This document shows positions 1 through 14,465 of a stretch of DNA of 64,000 nucleotides, one piece after another (within the stretch, counting starts at the first letter, position 1; the number at the start of each line of letters is the position of its first letter). Source of the DNA: the human T2T-CHM13v2.0 reference genome, Homo sapiens; assembly GCF_009914755.1 (NCBI RefSeq), contig NC_060929.1. One strand, given 5' to 3'. The position numbers were made by a program, and so were the translations under genes. The notes below the pieces were generated by a model, which was given only the letters and a program-made list of their open reading frames with translations, was not told where the DNA came from and did not search any database.

Positions 1-230
1 TCTGTTGATAGTTTCTTTTGCTCTGCAGAAGCTCTTTAGTTTAATCAGATACTATTTGTCAATTTTTGCTTTTGTTGGAATTGCTTCTGGCATCTTCGTG
101 ATGAAATCTTTGCCTGTTTCTTTGTCCAGAATGTTATTGCCTAGGTTATCTTCCAGGGATTTTTTTTTTTTAAGTTTTGGGTTTTACTTTTGAGTCTTTA
201 ATTCATCTTGAGTTTATTTTTGTACATGCA
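1..230 (-). mobile_element. Old L1 ORF2 3' fragment (runs off window start)
   Basis: CAGAAGCTCTTTAGTTTAAT...CTAGGTT is homologous to the minus-strand L1 at 15497-15620, but diverged. Confidence 0.85.
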
Positions 231-344
231 AAACAGCACTTCCTAATGATTTTTACTACATATTACTATTATCTATGTTGTTGAGGTTATTTATATTTGC
301 CTTTTCATAGGATGGAAATCCTATGTGATGATGGGCTCTGTGCA

Positions 345-495
345 TCTCTTCCCAACTCTGTGTTCCATGATGTCACGTTGGTAGCTTGAAATCAGCCACG
401 GTACAAGTATTTACATCATGGAAATCAACAAATGCTGCAAATCATGACACATTTTCCTCAGACCTGGTTCTTATGTGCTTACCAGGACACCACTG
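345..495. mobile_element. MER63-like hAT-Blackjack DNA transposon fragment
   Basis: TTGGTAGCTTGAAATCAGCCA...TATTTACA...ACACCACTG terminus; related to 45752-45907. Confidence 0.6.
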
Positions 496-1406
496 CCTCC
501 CATTCTCTTCTTTCTACTAGGTAGACCCAGAACCCAGCCCATCAATGACACTTCTCTTTCAGAGATAAGGAAATTGATGTTCTATGAAGTTAAATCTCAT
601 AGCGGGGAAACTGGCCAACCCAAGGCTTCAAAAATCTAACTAGTGCTCTTTTTTTGCTAGTGAATGAGGACACCTCTGACCCTGAAAAGTATCTTGAATT
701 TTAGGGTGAATTTTCCAGCTTCATAATGGCCCTGGAGAAAGTTCTGTTCTGAGGTCTGCCAGGAGATCAGAGATCTCAATTCCTGAAACAGAAATCCTTA
801 ACATAAAAAAATTCTTTTATGGCCTCAGCTGAAAGTCCCAAATTGTTGTCTCACCAGAAACCTGAAGTATTTTAGTGAGGTTTGTGTGTGCATCGTAATT
901 TGGGGGATGGATGGGAAGGGGAGGGGGGACACAAAGGAAGAGAATCACCAGGAATCTGATAAGGGGAAGCTCTGTTATTCAACCTTCCAGGCCTGTTGCC
1001 TCCTCCTAAATTTACTGCCTCTACTCCCACACACCACTTACAAATGCATGGCACACATGATGAAGGTGGAAACATAAAATCTATGGAACATAAAAATTCA
1101 GTTGTAAACAATTGAAACTGTAGGCCTTCCAAGTAAGACTTCAGTCCATATCCATTTGCAAGATATTATCTCTGTGACATTTGAAATATTGTATTTATAA
1201 GGTAGAACCAATCTAAGCACATTTATATTAAAGCAGAGGAATTTTTACAGGCTTCCCCACGAATAATGATTATAATTTCCTAAATGGAATGAAGAATTCA
1301 GCATCAGCTTCCACTTTGGAAATCATTTGTGTTAACTATATAAACTTTCAGAGATCAGCTGCTATCTTTTAAAATCTCCTATAGAGCAGTATTTTAATAT
1401 ACTTAA

Positions 1407-1760
<354 letters not shown>

Positions 1761-2076
1761 CAATAAATTAATGTCTTATCTCATTTTTTTCAGGATATTA
1801 TTTGCATGGCCCAGCTACTGCCCTCAAAACACTAGTGTTTTCTCTCTTCCTCCCTATTGGCTGAACATGCTCAGTGTCTCCCTAGGCATTACCACTGTGG
1901 TTCCAGAATGGTATTTCTGACTCAACACAGATTCTATTTCACACCCAACCTTCTGTCACCTAAAGTTTATCTTCTTTTCTATCTTAGGACCTCAGTCAGG
2001 CACACTGTAAATGTTTCCCTTGACAACCACAACATACGGTGTTAATTACAGAGTGTCTAGATGCAATGTTACACTA

Positions 2077-2460
<384 letters not shown>

Positions 2461-5179
2461 TTAAAGTATGAATGATGCTTTCTGATACACAAATAAAGGA
2501 TTGGGAATAGACAATAAAGAGAAAATGAGAGCAAGCAGGACTTCAGTGGTCCTCTCGAGAGCTGGAAGGTGGTTTAGAAGTTCACATGACTGTCCACTAG
2601 ATTATCATTACATCCAAACAGGATACTGGGCATTGTAGCGAGCTTACATTGTTTAGTTTAGCACAGATCTTGCAATGAAGAAAAGAGAAGCTCTATGTAG
2701 GTTGTCTAGACATATTTTATTATATATTATTGTGCTCATATATCATGTAGAACATACAGAGTCCAGGCATGTCCTAGCTCCATCGAAAGCCACTCTCTAA
2801 TTCCTTCACTACATTTGGTGAGGAGGATTTGTGATGCAACTTGGACTTCTCACCCTTTGCTTGAAAAGCCCATGGTAACTCAGCTGCACTGGTAGGTCCC
2901 CAAGGGCTTCATTCTTTAAATCCCTTTCGAGTATGTGCAGGAGACATTCCTGCAGCCTACTTAGGAAACTATTTCTTGAGGTACAGTCATCACATTTCTG
3001 AAAAATTATGGTGGCAGCTGATCCAAAATCTTGGCCTTGAACTCCAGCCAATGTTTTCTTGACTCCAAAGTGTCCTGCCAAAACAAAGTAATTGCACAGC
3101 TGACAGAACCTCTCTTGTTACCTCTTAGGAATGCCATAATTTACAGCATGCAATGCCAATGGGGGTCTCCCAGTGAACATACAGCTACTCGGGGTGCATT
3201 TCAGCGAATCATCGCAGGGCTAACTGACCTTCTCATATTCACTTTCTGTGGAAAACATGGAATTCCTTATTTGAGGAGAATGAACACCACCAACAAGGAG
3301 CTCTGTTTTTATTGTAACCATGTGCTCCTTTCCCCCTGCACTCCCCATCCGGGTACCTACTAGTTTCCTGACTTTACAGCTTGGTGCCGCTTCCTAAGAC
3401 CTCCAATTCTCCTCCCAGGTACTGGTCCCAGACTTGAAGTAGCCATGATGAAAGCTGTCACCATAGAGATTTGTTAAAGGAAAGACATCATATTTGGCTT
3501 TTAAAAATGGCAAACTTCTTCCTTCTAAAAGGAGGAACTGCTTCATTTTTGAAAGAACACTCAGAGCTTGACTGTTCTCTTTAAGGCAAGGTAGGTTCTG
3601 GGCTAGGGGTCTCCCAGACTATAGAGTCTAGAATCCATTAGTCTTGGAATGGGGCATGCAGGGAGAGTAGAAGATGTATTTGTAGCCTTTGTGAACCTAG
3701 GTGAGTAGAGGAGTAGCCGAAGACCTGTAGGTGACTAAATGCTGCTAAGGCTTGAGGACCCCAAGATTCTCCAGGATCTGTCACTGGAGTCAAGTTACTT
3801 AACCTCCTCTTTCTGATAAGGAGAAATGTATGCAGAGAAGCACTGAAGTAAATTTATCTTGTTATTCCTCAGGACCAGCCAATGGGAAGAAAGATCTGGG
3901 ACTGGTTCTGATGGGGAGGCTGAGAGTCACCCAGGATCACCCAAGAGAGATACTTAGTCGTGGCAAATTTTCCATGAAGCATTTATTCTCTGTTCCTGCA
4001 AGGCCGTTAAAGCCCAAGTATTGATTTATGCAAACTGGTCACCTCCCCACTCACTTAGTACCTGGAACAATGGCCCTTTGGCTCCTGCTCTTACTATGCT
4101 GGTGTTCATTTAGTTCCTTCTGCATTTCAGACCCCTGGAGCTTTCCCTTAATTTTTTTGTGAGCTCAGCTATGCATTTAAAAGAATGTTCGTTATATTCA
4201 TCTAGTATTTCTAGCTGTTCTGTAGTGAGCAGTTTCCAGGTAATCATGTCCTCCATGCTGCCAGAGATGAAATTTTTGTGATCTGACGTAATCTGAACAA
4301 GATCCACAGCGGATGCCCTTTCTTCATTAGTAGGAAGTGTCAGGTGTTGCCACAGTCCTGCATCAGGGTGTGTGAGTGCAGTGAGTTTTTGCATAGGGTG
4401 GTCTGAGGTACTCTTGGGAGGAGCTGTCTGATGGGGGCAGTAGGTGACGTTTTGCTGCAGGGCTCCTGGGTCTGCTGCCGGGATCACCTATCTGAGTCCT
4501 GAAACCTCTGTTGGTCACACTTCCCACCTGGGCTCTGATTCATGCCAAGAGTCCACGCTATTGATCTCCATTTCTGAGGCTCAGACCCACTGACTCACCT
4601 TGTATTCAGTTCATTGCTGTCATGCGGTTTCTCACTGCCTGATTGTTTTGAACTGTCGCCTTGCTCCAACCTGAAGAACCATGCATATCCATCTTTAGAC
4701 CCAGGTTTCCCCCTGCCCCAGGTCCAATCCACTCTTGTGTTTTAGCTCCTGGAGTGTAACACTTTCTCTTATTTATCTCCCCAAAATGGACAGGACAAAT
4801 CATATGAAGATCCTGCCATGAAAGTTCAGGTAGTATATATTCTAAGGAGGAGAGAGTAAGTCTGTGTTGTCAAAAGATGTGGATCTGCCAAGATATTCAG
4901 AATTGAGGAGACTTGAAATTAGCAGAAAGGAGGACTTGTACAACTCATTCAGTCGCTCTGATACCCTGAGATTATCACTTTAGCTCTATCTTCAGTAACA
5001 CACTGAAGCCCCTGTAGCTCTTAAGCTACTGGGAGAGAGAACCTTGACCCCTTAAAACTTTGTATTCCTTCTCCCACCCATTTTTCTGTTGTTTGTGAGG
5101 AAGTCCCCCACCCTTTCTCTCTTGATGTGAATTGTCAACAAAAGCATTGGCATTGCTTTTCTTTCTCTCTCTCTCTGCT

Positions 5180-5905
5180 ATATTATGGTAATAGATACAT
5201 AACATAAAATTTACCATCTTAACCATTTTTCACTGTACAGTTTAGTAGTGTCAAGTATATTTGCATTGTTGTGAAACAAATCTCCAGAATTTTTTGTTTT
5301 GCAAATCTGGAATTCTATACCCATTCAACAAATCTCCTTTTTCTTCTCCATCTAGCCCCTGGTAACCACTATTCTACTTTCTGTTTCTATGAATTTGACT
5401 GCTTTAGATACTTCATATAAGTGGAATCATAACATGTTTGTCCTTTTGTGTCTGGCTTATTTCATTTAGTATAATGTCCTTAGGATTTATCCATGTTGCA
5501 GCATGCAAAAGTATATCCTTCCTTTTTAAGGCTGAATAATATTCCACTGTATGTATATACCACATTTTGTTTATTGATTTATCTGTCAATAGATACTTGG
5601 GTTGCTTTCACCTCAGTTATTGTGGATAGTGCTGCTATGAACATAGGCGTGCAAACAATTCTTGGATACCCTACTTTTAATTCTTTTTGATATCTATCCA
5701 GAAATGGGAGTCCTAGGTCATATGATAGTTGTATTTTTAATGTTTTCAGGAAGCTTTGTACTGTTTTCCATAGCACTTGCACCATTTTATGATCTTACTG
5801 ATAGCACACAAGGGTTCCAATTTCTTCACATCCTTGCCAACACTTATTATTTTCTGTTATTATTATTATTTTGTTAGTAGCCATCGTAATGGGTATCAGA
5901 TGGCA
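5180..5905 (-). mobile_element. L1MB-type 3' end fragment
   Basis: ACATAACATAAAATTTACCATCTTAACC 3' UTR signature; ORF 5579-5785 translates to degenerate ORF2 C-terminus (MFIAALSTI). Confidence 0.85.
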
Positions 5906-6915
5906 ATGTCTTTCTTATACTTCTTTATAAGATTCCTGGAATTATGGATGTTTTGAAAATATTTGATCAGTTAACTTTAGATCACTTAGTTCAACTTTCA
6001 AACGCAGATGGAGATTCAAATGATCTTCAAAATGCAAAGCAGTTTTGACAAATTAAGCATTTCCTGATCAAGATTGGAAAACATCCAGAACATTCATGTT
6101 TGGTTTTCATCCAAAATTGTCACTTGGTTAACATTCACCACCAAATTCCACCTGATTTCATTACATAAACTTTATAGAGCTCTCCTTACAAGTCTTCTGT
6201 GTATTTTGCTAATTATGGAAAGACCATTTCATTTTGGCTTCTGCTTTTCTTCTGTGAGCTCATCATAGGGTCATTGTGTCACAGCTTTTATACTCTTGGA
6301 TTAGACTAGAGCTACATGAGTCTACTCCCTCCTCATCCTAATTTTGGTCTTTCCTTAAGCTGAAACAGCTGGCTTCTTTTTGAGGTCACAAATGTTACTT
6401 TGGCTACCTTTAAGGAATTACCACAAACAACATATTGTTTTCACCCCAAATTACTTTTTTGTTCATCAGATTTTATTTGCAGTTGATATTGAATCAGAAC
6501 CTGCAGTATTTAGCTTAGCAACCTTGTGCTTCTGTCAACATCATACCATTCCCAAGGAGGGAAAGAGAGACACACCATTGAATATCTCATATTGCCTTTC
6601 TATCCAGAGTGACTCTCCTCTAATACATGGCACTAAAATTTTAAAAATCATACTTCTTATATTTCCTTTTATTTCATGATCTCAAGTTAAAGCCCTGCAT
6701 GCATTCAACACAGCAAAGTACATAGCAAGGAGAGAATGTATGACTCATAATTAGTGAATATTTTATTTTGTTGGGAGATAGCCCAAAGGCAACATGGTGT
6801 GCCAATGTATGCTTGACCAAACACAATTAAACATTTTAGTCCAACACAGCTGAATATTTCTGACCTTGCAGCTCATTGGCTGCTGGTGCTTTGTGAATAA
6901 GTTGGTATGAGATCA

Positions 6916-7265
6916 TCATATGGTTGGCTGTGTCCCCATCCAACTCTCAACTTGAATTTTATCTCCCAGAATTCCCACATATTGTGGGAGGAACCCAGGG
7001 GGACGTAATTGAATCATGGGGGCCGTTCTCCGTGCTATTCTCATGATCCTGAATAAGTCTCACAAGATCTGATGGGTTTATCAGGGGTTTCTGCTTTTGC
7101 TTCTTCCTCATTTTCTCTTGCTACCACCATGTAAGAAGTGCCTTTCACCTCCCTCTACGATTTTGAGGCCTCCCCAGCCATGTGGAACTCTAAGTCCAAT
7201 TAAACCTCTTTTTCTTCCCAGCCCTGGGTATATCTTTATCAGCTGCATGAAAACAGACTAATGGA
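6916..7265 (+). mobile_element. THE1A LTR (ERVL-MaLR)
   Basis: T(C)ATATGGTTGGCTGTGTCCCC start; GGGTTTATCAGGGGTTTCTGCTTTTGCTTCTTCC is THE1A-type; ends AAACAGACTAAT. Confidence 0.9.
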
Positions 7266-8432
7266 GTAAATTGGTACCAGTGGAGTGGGGCATTGCTGAA
7301 AAGATAACCAAAAATGTGGAAGCAACTTTGGAACTGGGTAACAGGTAGAGATTGGAACAGTTAGAATGGCTTAGAAGAAGACATGAAAATGTGGGAAAGT
7401 TTGGAACTTCCTAGAGACTTGTTGAATGGCTTTGCCCAAAATGCTGATAGCAATATGGACAATAAAATCCAGGCTGAGGTGGTCTCAGATGGAGACAAAG
7501 AACTTGTTGGGAACTGGAGCAAAGGTGACTCTTGTTATGTTTTAGCAAAGAGACTGGTGGCATTTTGCCCCTGCCATACAGATTTGTGGAACTTTGAACT
7601 TGAGAGAGATGATTTGGGGTATCTGGTGGAAAAAAATTTCTAAGCAGCAAAGCATTTAAGAGGTGACTTGGGTGCTGTTAAAGCCATTCAGTTTTATAAG
7701 GGAAGCAGAGCATAAAAGTTTGGAAAATTTGCAGCCTAACTATGCGATAGAAAAGAAAAAACCCATTTTCTGGGGAGAAATTCAAGCCTGCTGCAGAAAT
7801 TTGCATAAGTAGCAAGGAGCCTAATGTTAATCCCCAAGACTATGGGGAAAATATCTCCAGGCCATGTCATAGACCTTCATGGCAGTGCCCCCAACACAGG
7901 CCCAGAGGCCTAGGAGGAAAAAGTGGTTTTGTGGGCCAGGCCCAGTGTCTTTGTGCTGTGTGCAGCCTAGGGACTTGGTGCCCTGTGTCCCAGCTGCTCC
8001 AGCTGTGGCTGAAAGGGGCCAATGTACAGCTCAGGCTGTGACTTCAGAGGGTGCAAGCCCAAGCCTTGGCAGCTTCCATGTGGTGTTGGGCCTGCAAATG
8101 CACAGAAGTCAAGAATTGAGGTTTGGAACCTCTGTCTAGATTTCAGAAGTTATGTGGAAATGCCTGAATGCCCAGGCAAAAGTTTGCTGCAGGGGCAGGG
8201 CCCTCATGAAGAACCTCTGCTAGGGCAGTGCGGAAGGGAAATGTGGTGTTGGGGCTCCTTCAGAAAGTCACTGGGGCACTGCCTAGTGGAGCTTTGAGAA
8301 GAGGGCCACCATCCTCCAGACCCTGGAATGGTAGATAAACTGACAGCTTGCACCATGTGCCTGGGAAAGCTGCAGACAATGCCAGCCCGTGAAAGCAGCC
8401 AGGAGGGAGGCTGTACCCCGCAAAGCCACAGG
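7266..8432 (+). mobile_element. THE1A internal region, 3'-truncated, no 3' LTR
   Basis: GTAAATTGGTACCAG start; ORF MWESLELPRDLLNGF is typical of MaLR-int; homology stops at GCAAAGCCACAGG. Confidence 0.9.
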
Positions 8433-8539
8433 CTCACACTTGACAATGCTTTGCAAAAACACCTTCACTATAATGATGGGACAAAATAAGGGCACTTTGG
8501 TAACAGTTTAGTGAGGGACTGATATGGAAAGAAAATGTT

Positions 8540-8760
8540 TCCTTCATTACTACAACCATGGTGAGCACAAACCAGAAATCTTTAAACAAAATTCAATGAC
8601 AATAAGAAAGAAGGAAGGAAACTGGGCTTTTGGAGATGTGGATGATCCATCTGGAGCCACCATTTTCAAGGACAACTTGTTAAGTGACATCACTGTTATT
8701 GAAACCAGTTGAGTGGGTGATTCTATTATTTGCAGCAAAAAAAAAAAAAAAAAAAAAATT
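8540..8760 (+). mobile_element. MLT1J/K-like LTR 3' part with expanded A tract
   Basis: AGAAGGAAGGAAACTGGG...GTTGAGTGGGTGATTCTATTATTTGCAGCAAAA resembles an old MLT1 3' end. Confidence 0.5.
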
Positions 8761-8779
8761 CAAAACCATGCAGCCCATG

Positions 8780-9250
8780 TGTGGAGTTTAGCCTTTAACA
8801 AAAAATGGAGAGCTGCTAAAGTGTTTTAGAAAAAGTATAACATGGTCAGATGTGGGTTAAAAAATCATGCTCCAGGGTGTGGAGATTGGGTTGCAGGGAT
8901 TTAAGGACTGGACGGAGGAGTAGGGAGAAATTTATTAAAGAGGACCAGGTATGAAGGGGCAGATTATGAGGTAGATCTTGGATGTGTTAAGTGTAAGCTG
9001 CTTTTAAGTTTTATTAGTGGAGAGGACAAGAAGTCAGTGAAATATATGGGTCTAGAACTTAGAAGTGAAATCTAGGCTGGAGAGAGATTATGTGTCATGA
9101 GAGAGACAGAGAGAGAGAGAGAGAGTTATTGAAGTCATGGATGTGGGTAGATGGGCCTGTGGTTAATCCTTGAGGAGCTTTCCCGCTTAATGGCAGGGTA
9201 GAAGAAAGTGTGTCTCCAAAGGAAACAGAATGAAAGGCAATGTAGAGAAT
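8780..9250 (-). mobile_element. L2 fragment
   Basis: Purine-rich CATGGTCAGATGTG...GTCTAGAACTTAGAAGTGAAATCTAGGCTGGAG, typical of antisense L2. Confidence 0.6.
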
Positions 9251-9740
9251 CTGAACACACATAGACCTAAAGCAAGTCCATGCATTTCCACTTTAGAACC
9301 CATGGGAGAGAGAACTGGACTTGATTTCTCAGCATTCTCCTAATTCTGAGATCCTTGCTTCTAAGATAATTCTAATTGCTCCATATTGTGATATCAATAA
9401 TAAAACCATTGAATAGTTTTTTGACTCATGCCAATCGCAAATAATCCCTTTCGCCTTTGAACTCATATTGCATATTATCTACATTCGTCTTATGGCATAT
9501 TCTACCTTGTAATGTGCTGATGGGCAAATATGTCTCATTTATCCTACTAGGTTAGGTGTTCTTAGAGGCCAGGAATTATGTCTTATTTATTTCTCTACTT
9601 CTCTTCCCGGACTACTCTCCTTAATTGGCAAAGTGTTTTTGTATACTGTTGGAAATCAATACATTCTTTGGTGAATGAGTGCTTGATAAGTAAGTAAAAA
9701 TACTTAATGAAATGGCTAAAAACTTTCTTTTGTTGAATTC

Positions 9741-10031
9741 TTTTTTTTTTTTTTTTGAGACAGAGTCTTGCTGTGTCACCCAGGCTGGAGTGCAATGGCA
9801 AAACCTTGCCTCACTGCAACCTCACAGGCAGAGGAATTCTCCCTGGGTCAGCCTCCCGAGTAGCTGGGATTACAGGCGCCTGCCACCACACCCAGCTAAT
9901 TTTTGTATTTTTAGTAGGGATGGGATTTCGCCATGTTGGCCAAGCTGGTCTGAAATCCTGACCTTAGGTGATCCACCCACCTTGGCCTCCCAAAGTGCTG
10001 GGATTACAGGTGTGAGCCACTGTGCCTGGCC
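9741..10031 (-). mobile_element. AluSx-like with rearranged internal patch
   Basis: Reverse Alu; TSD TTTTGTTGAATTCTT on both sides; 9824-9847 departs from consensus. Confidence 0.93.
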
Positions 10032-10315
10032 TTTTGTTGAATTCTTGAATGTGAACTAGAACATCTGATTGAACTCCAAGGTAAATAAAAAGCCTACCCT
10101 GAAGAGATCTAAAGGTCACAGAACATGCCTCTGAAGTCCTCCACCTGGTGAATGTCCAGCTGTCTGTTTCAGGTTGTAAGGTTACTACCAATCACTAACT
10201 TCCAGATTTCTGATTAAATCTAATGATTAAAGCACACAGAAGACAAAATAGTCCTTATTTAAATCAGGCATTCTTATGTCTCCCAGAGTTGATCATTTTC
10301 CTATCTCCTGTAGCA

Positions 10316-10642
10316 CAGATGTCCCTGGTTGACAATGGTTTGACTTAATGATTTTTTAAGAATGAGACACATTCAGTAGAAACTGTATTTTGAGTACCCA
10401 TACAGCCATTCGGTTTTTCACTTTCATACAGTGTTCAATTAATCACATGAGATAGTCAACATTTTATTATAAAATAGCCTTTACATTAGATGATTTTGTC
10501 CAACTGTAGGTTAATGTAATTGTTCTGAGAGTGTTTAAAGTAGGCTAGGCTAAACTATGATTAGGATAAATATATTAAATGCACATTCATCTTCTGATAC
10601 TTTCAATTTATGATGGGCTTATTGGGAATTGAGGAGCGTCTG
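10316..10642 (-). mobile_element. MER47A (TcMar-Tigger MITE)
   Basis: CAGATGTCCC...GAGGAGCGTCTG termini; TAGGCTAGGCTAA and GAGTACCCATACA internal signatures. Confidence 0.8.
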
Positions 10643-12411
10643 TACTCCCAGATTGCATTCTTCTTTGGCTGAGGAATAAAGCAATGTTGCAGTTGGCCAA
10701 AGCAGGCTCCAAAAATGAATTTGACATCACAGATTCGTATAATCTTTAAGATAGCAAATATTATGAGCTTGGTCTTACTATAGTCCAGTTTTGTGACTGT
10801 TTTTAACTGATATCCATCCAAAACAACACATTCAACATTCAGCTAAATTAATTACAAAATCAAGGAGTTGGCAAATAATTGGTCCACTATTCCTTTGGGC
10901 CAAATGAATAAAGTACCAAGTGGAAGATAAAGCTTAAATTTATTGAAACCTTCTATTTGCTGGACTTTTTAACATAGCTATTTTTTTGATAAGAGAAATA
11001 AAGATATACGTACACATGTTTTTTGGTTTTACCTATATATCTCTAAGTAATTAGAATTTGAATGTTATTTGACTATTTATAGTCATTAATTTAAGATTAT
11101 AAAAAAATTAAATTAAATGATTTCAAATCCCAGATTTTTAAGAAATCTAGATTGGCTCTTCTATTTTTACATATCCAACAGTCCCTCAAAATTCCCTCTT
11201 TCTTAAGCCAGCAACCATTAAGTTACTCTTAAACCCACACTAAGTACTATTTAACACAGGGGACAGACAGCCAGATAGGTCTGGTTTTTAGTATCAGTAG
11301 TGTCTTTGTTGTGGAAAGATGTCAGTTCCCAAATTCTCACTACACTATACAGACCTGTGTACCTCAGGCAACTTTATAGCTCAAACCCCATTCCTTGGGG
11401 ACTTATAGCAACTTGTAAATCCATGAGGAATTTTTCAGCAAAGTTCTATTTCTTAGTTTATTCATGGATTAGGCTTGTAAGAGTAGATTCATTCTAAGGC
11501 TCTAATGAGCAGGGTTTTTTTTTTTTCACACTGGAAAGAACACTTGCGTCTCTTTTTCCAGCATTCAGCTTATGATGGTTTTAGAATTTATGTTCTCAGT
11601 TATATCCCCCATTGACTTTGAAATCTTAGAAAATACTCACCATGGTTCTTTCCAGAATCCAGCACCATTCAAAGCTTTTCTTTATATTGCATTAGAAAAC
11701 GGAGACCTCAAAATGATTTCGCATGAGTTTGTTGCTATGCTTTACCTCTAAGATCATTGGTTCTGCTCTTCCAACTATCCAGAGGTCAAGACAGCAGTTG
11801 AATAACTGAGCAATGTCTATTATTAGGGGTGGTGAAGATAAGAGAATTTTCATGCTAAGTTTCTCATATTAGGCTTTTTAAAGATTTTTTTTATTTTAAA
11901 AAAACTAATAGATGCCTTCAGAATAATGTCCATAAGAACAAGCTGGGATGTGCTGAAGGCCCCATTGCCCACTTGGCTGAATATGCCAGCATCATGTCTC
12001 TGGCTGGTCTGGTCATTTCATTTCATTGACTTCTATGGGGCTATCAGTTTTTGGGCTCTTTTTACTGTATACTCAAAGTTGATTTTTTCTTGTCTTCAAT
12101 ACTTGCTAATTTCTATTCCACTATTTCCGAGCTTCATTCCTTTCTCTTTCACCTCAGTTCAAATGAATTTCAAGGATATCTCCTTTTTGGACCACGGGAC
12201 ATAAACTCTCTTAGCTGAAAGGTCTCTTAGACTTCCCCAAGTACAATGTTCTCATTTTACAGATGAGAAAATGTAGGCACAGAGAAGGGAAGGGAATTGT
12301 CTTAGTTCCTAGGTCTTTGGAGTATGGATTCCATCACCTGCAAAAAGGGGCAATACAATCTGAAGCAGGGATCAGAAAAAAGGCACATGTCTGATCACTT
12401 TTTCCCATCAC

Positions 12412-12965
12412 TGGATGAGTTTTCTATGCTATGTAACAAATCATCACAAACATAGCCTGCAAAAACAACATATGTTTACTATCCCACAATTTCTGTGGGT
12501 CAGCAGTCTGATCAAGGCTTAGGTGGAGTCTCTGAATTCAGGCTGCAATAATCAAAGTATCAGCCAGGCTGTGTCCTCATCTGGAGGCCTGACTGGAGAA
12601 GTTTACACTTCCAAGTTCCTTCAGGTTGTGGCAGCATTTATTTCCTTGTGGCTGTAAAACTGCAAGCCGCAGTTTCCTTCTGGCCACAGACCAGAGGCTG
12701 TTTTCAGCTCCTAGAGGTATCCTCACCTGCTTGCCATCTGTACCTCCTAATGTTCCCACTTCTTCAAAGCCTGCAAGAGTGAAACTCTCTATCTAGCAAG
12801 ATGGAGTCTTATATATCTTAATATAATCATGGGGAAAACATTGCATCACCTTTGCCATATTTTATCAGTTAGAAGCAAGTTACAAGTAGCACCCAAACTC
12901 AAGGAGAAGAGATTATATGGGAACATAAATACTAGAACATGAGGATCTTAGGATCTCTGCACCAT
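12412..12965 (-). mobile_element. MLT1E/F-like solo LTR
   Basis: TGTAACAAATCATCACAAAC...TTTCTGTGGGTCAG...GTTAGAAGCAAGT. Confidence 0.75.
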
Positions 12966-13974
12966 GACCCCAAACCAGTGATTTACTTGGGCTAACAGGA
13001 ATAAATTTCAGGCAAACAGAATTTTCACTGTGAATTACTGTTAGTTTGCAAATAAGTTTCTAGTCATGTTTCTCAGGGCTCTATCCCCTATGTCATTAAT
13101 TAATTTTCTCCGTTTTATCAGTGACTCCATGAAGATACAAAAGACAAGTTTTTCAAATTTATGGATGAATCAGAAAGTTAGCAAATAATTTGGATGACAC
13201 AATTAGGTTCCAATTTTTATTTCCTTGCTAATGTAATGGGGATGCTATTTTTGATGTTTATTAAAATGATTTTTGCATTTGAACTTCCCTGTATGTAACC
13301 TTCTTTTCAGCTAGAGGCATCCATTTGCTTTGGGGGAAACTGGAATTATAGCAGTAGAAATGCAAAGAAAAGGCAAAGCCCAGCTTTTAAATTTCAAAAT
13401 AGAAGTTTTGAGCTCACAGACAGTATTTTGAAAGACAAACTATGGTGAGAAAGGATAGATTTTCTCAACTTTAGCTCTCACCAACATTTTTGATCATTGA
13501 GTTTCAATTTAAGTAACAGGGAAGAGGGAATTTAGGTATGATGTCACAGAAGCCTCTGCCATTAAGGAATGAAGGCAAGTTTACCCCTTGGGAACCCAGT
13601 GGACTGTGGGAAGAAATAAATGAGATAGAGAGGGTATGGGGGTCAGATGCTAGGGACCTCAGAAACCTTATTCAAGGTCAAAAGTCCAAGGGCTACAGAA
13701 ATATCCAGATAGGTATATGGAAACCATCATACTGGGGATGATTGGCCTTTGTTCTTAGGTGTAGCCTGAAGAAACTTGCAAACTTCTGGAATTGGCCTTG
13801 CAATTGGCTGGGCAGCCATAATTTCCAACATGATGTATCAGGCAGGTAGAGAGATAGACCTGAGATACCACTCCCAGCCTCCTATGATCTGTCTGTGTCA
13901 TTCTTGGAATCCAGAATTCTCATGTGACCCAGGGAGGGCATGAGGTTCTGAGAGAGTTTGGAGTCAAAACAAAG

Positions 13975-14465
13975 GTTCATAGAAGAAACATTGAACCTTA
14001 CCTAAGCCCTGTGATCATGGAAAACGATCGGAGATTAAGAAACCCCCTCAAACTTTGGCGTTCTGGCAAAGGGCTTACTGCAAAGAACCACCCTTCCGTT
14101 TAGGACACAGATAAGACTCATGGCTGCCCTCTACTTACCTGTGACATGACTACCCACAGACCCTCCAAATTCCCGTTCTTTGTCTCATAAATGATTAGCC
14201 AAATTGCCTGTATTCCACTGATGAACTGGAGCAAGATACTTGTTAATCACACTTTGACTAGGATTCTCTTCTTCCCCCAGGCCTCTGAACTTTGTCCCAG
14301 GCTCAACTTGAAGCAGCATGCAGCCCCTCCTAAGAGTAGGCTGCCCTGAGGTAAAATCTTAACTTCTGATCGATCACACCGCCCTTTCATCCCACTTGCC
14401 TATGGTTCATTTTAGCCTTGTTTACACCTCTGTAGAAAAGAAAACCCCCTTTTTGCCTAACTCTT
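13975..14465 (+). mobile_element. ERV1 solo LTR (MER67/MER31-like), 5' part, interrupted by L1HS
   Basis: CTTACCTAAGCCCTGTG...CCCTCCAAATTCCCGTTCTTTGTCTCATAAATGATTAGC; continues at 19982. Confidence 0.65.

Noticed and set aside
4110-4487. 125-aa minus-strand ORF
   Set aside because: GTG start, no domain; part of it looks like an ancient L1 5' remnant.
7383-8297. ORFs as host genes
   Set aside because: Fragments of the decayed THE1 internal ORF.
8433-8758. Possible processed pseudogene or transduction ending in A22
   Set aside because: No AATAAA or TSD; the preceding sequence resembles an MLT1 LTR 3' end whose short A run has probably expanded.
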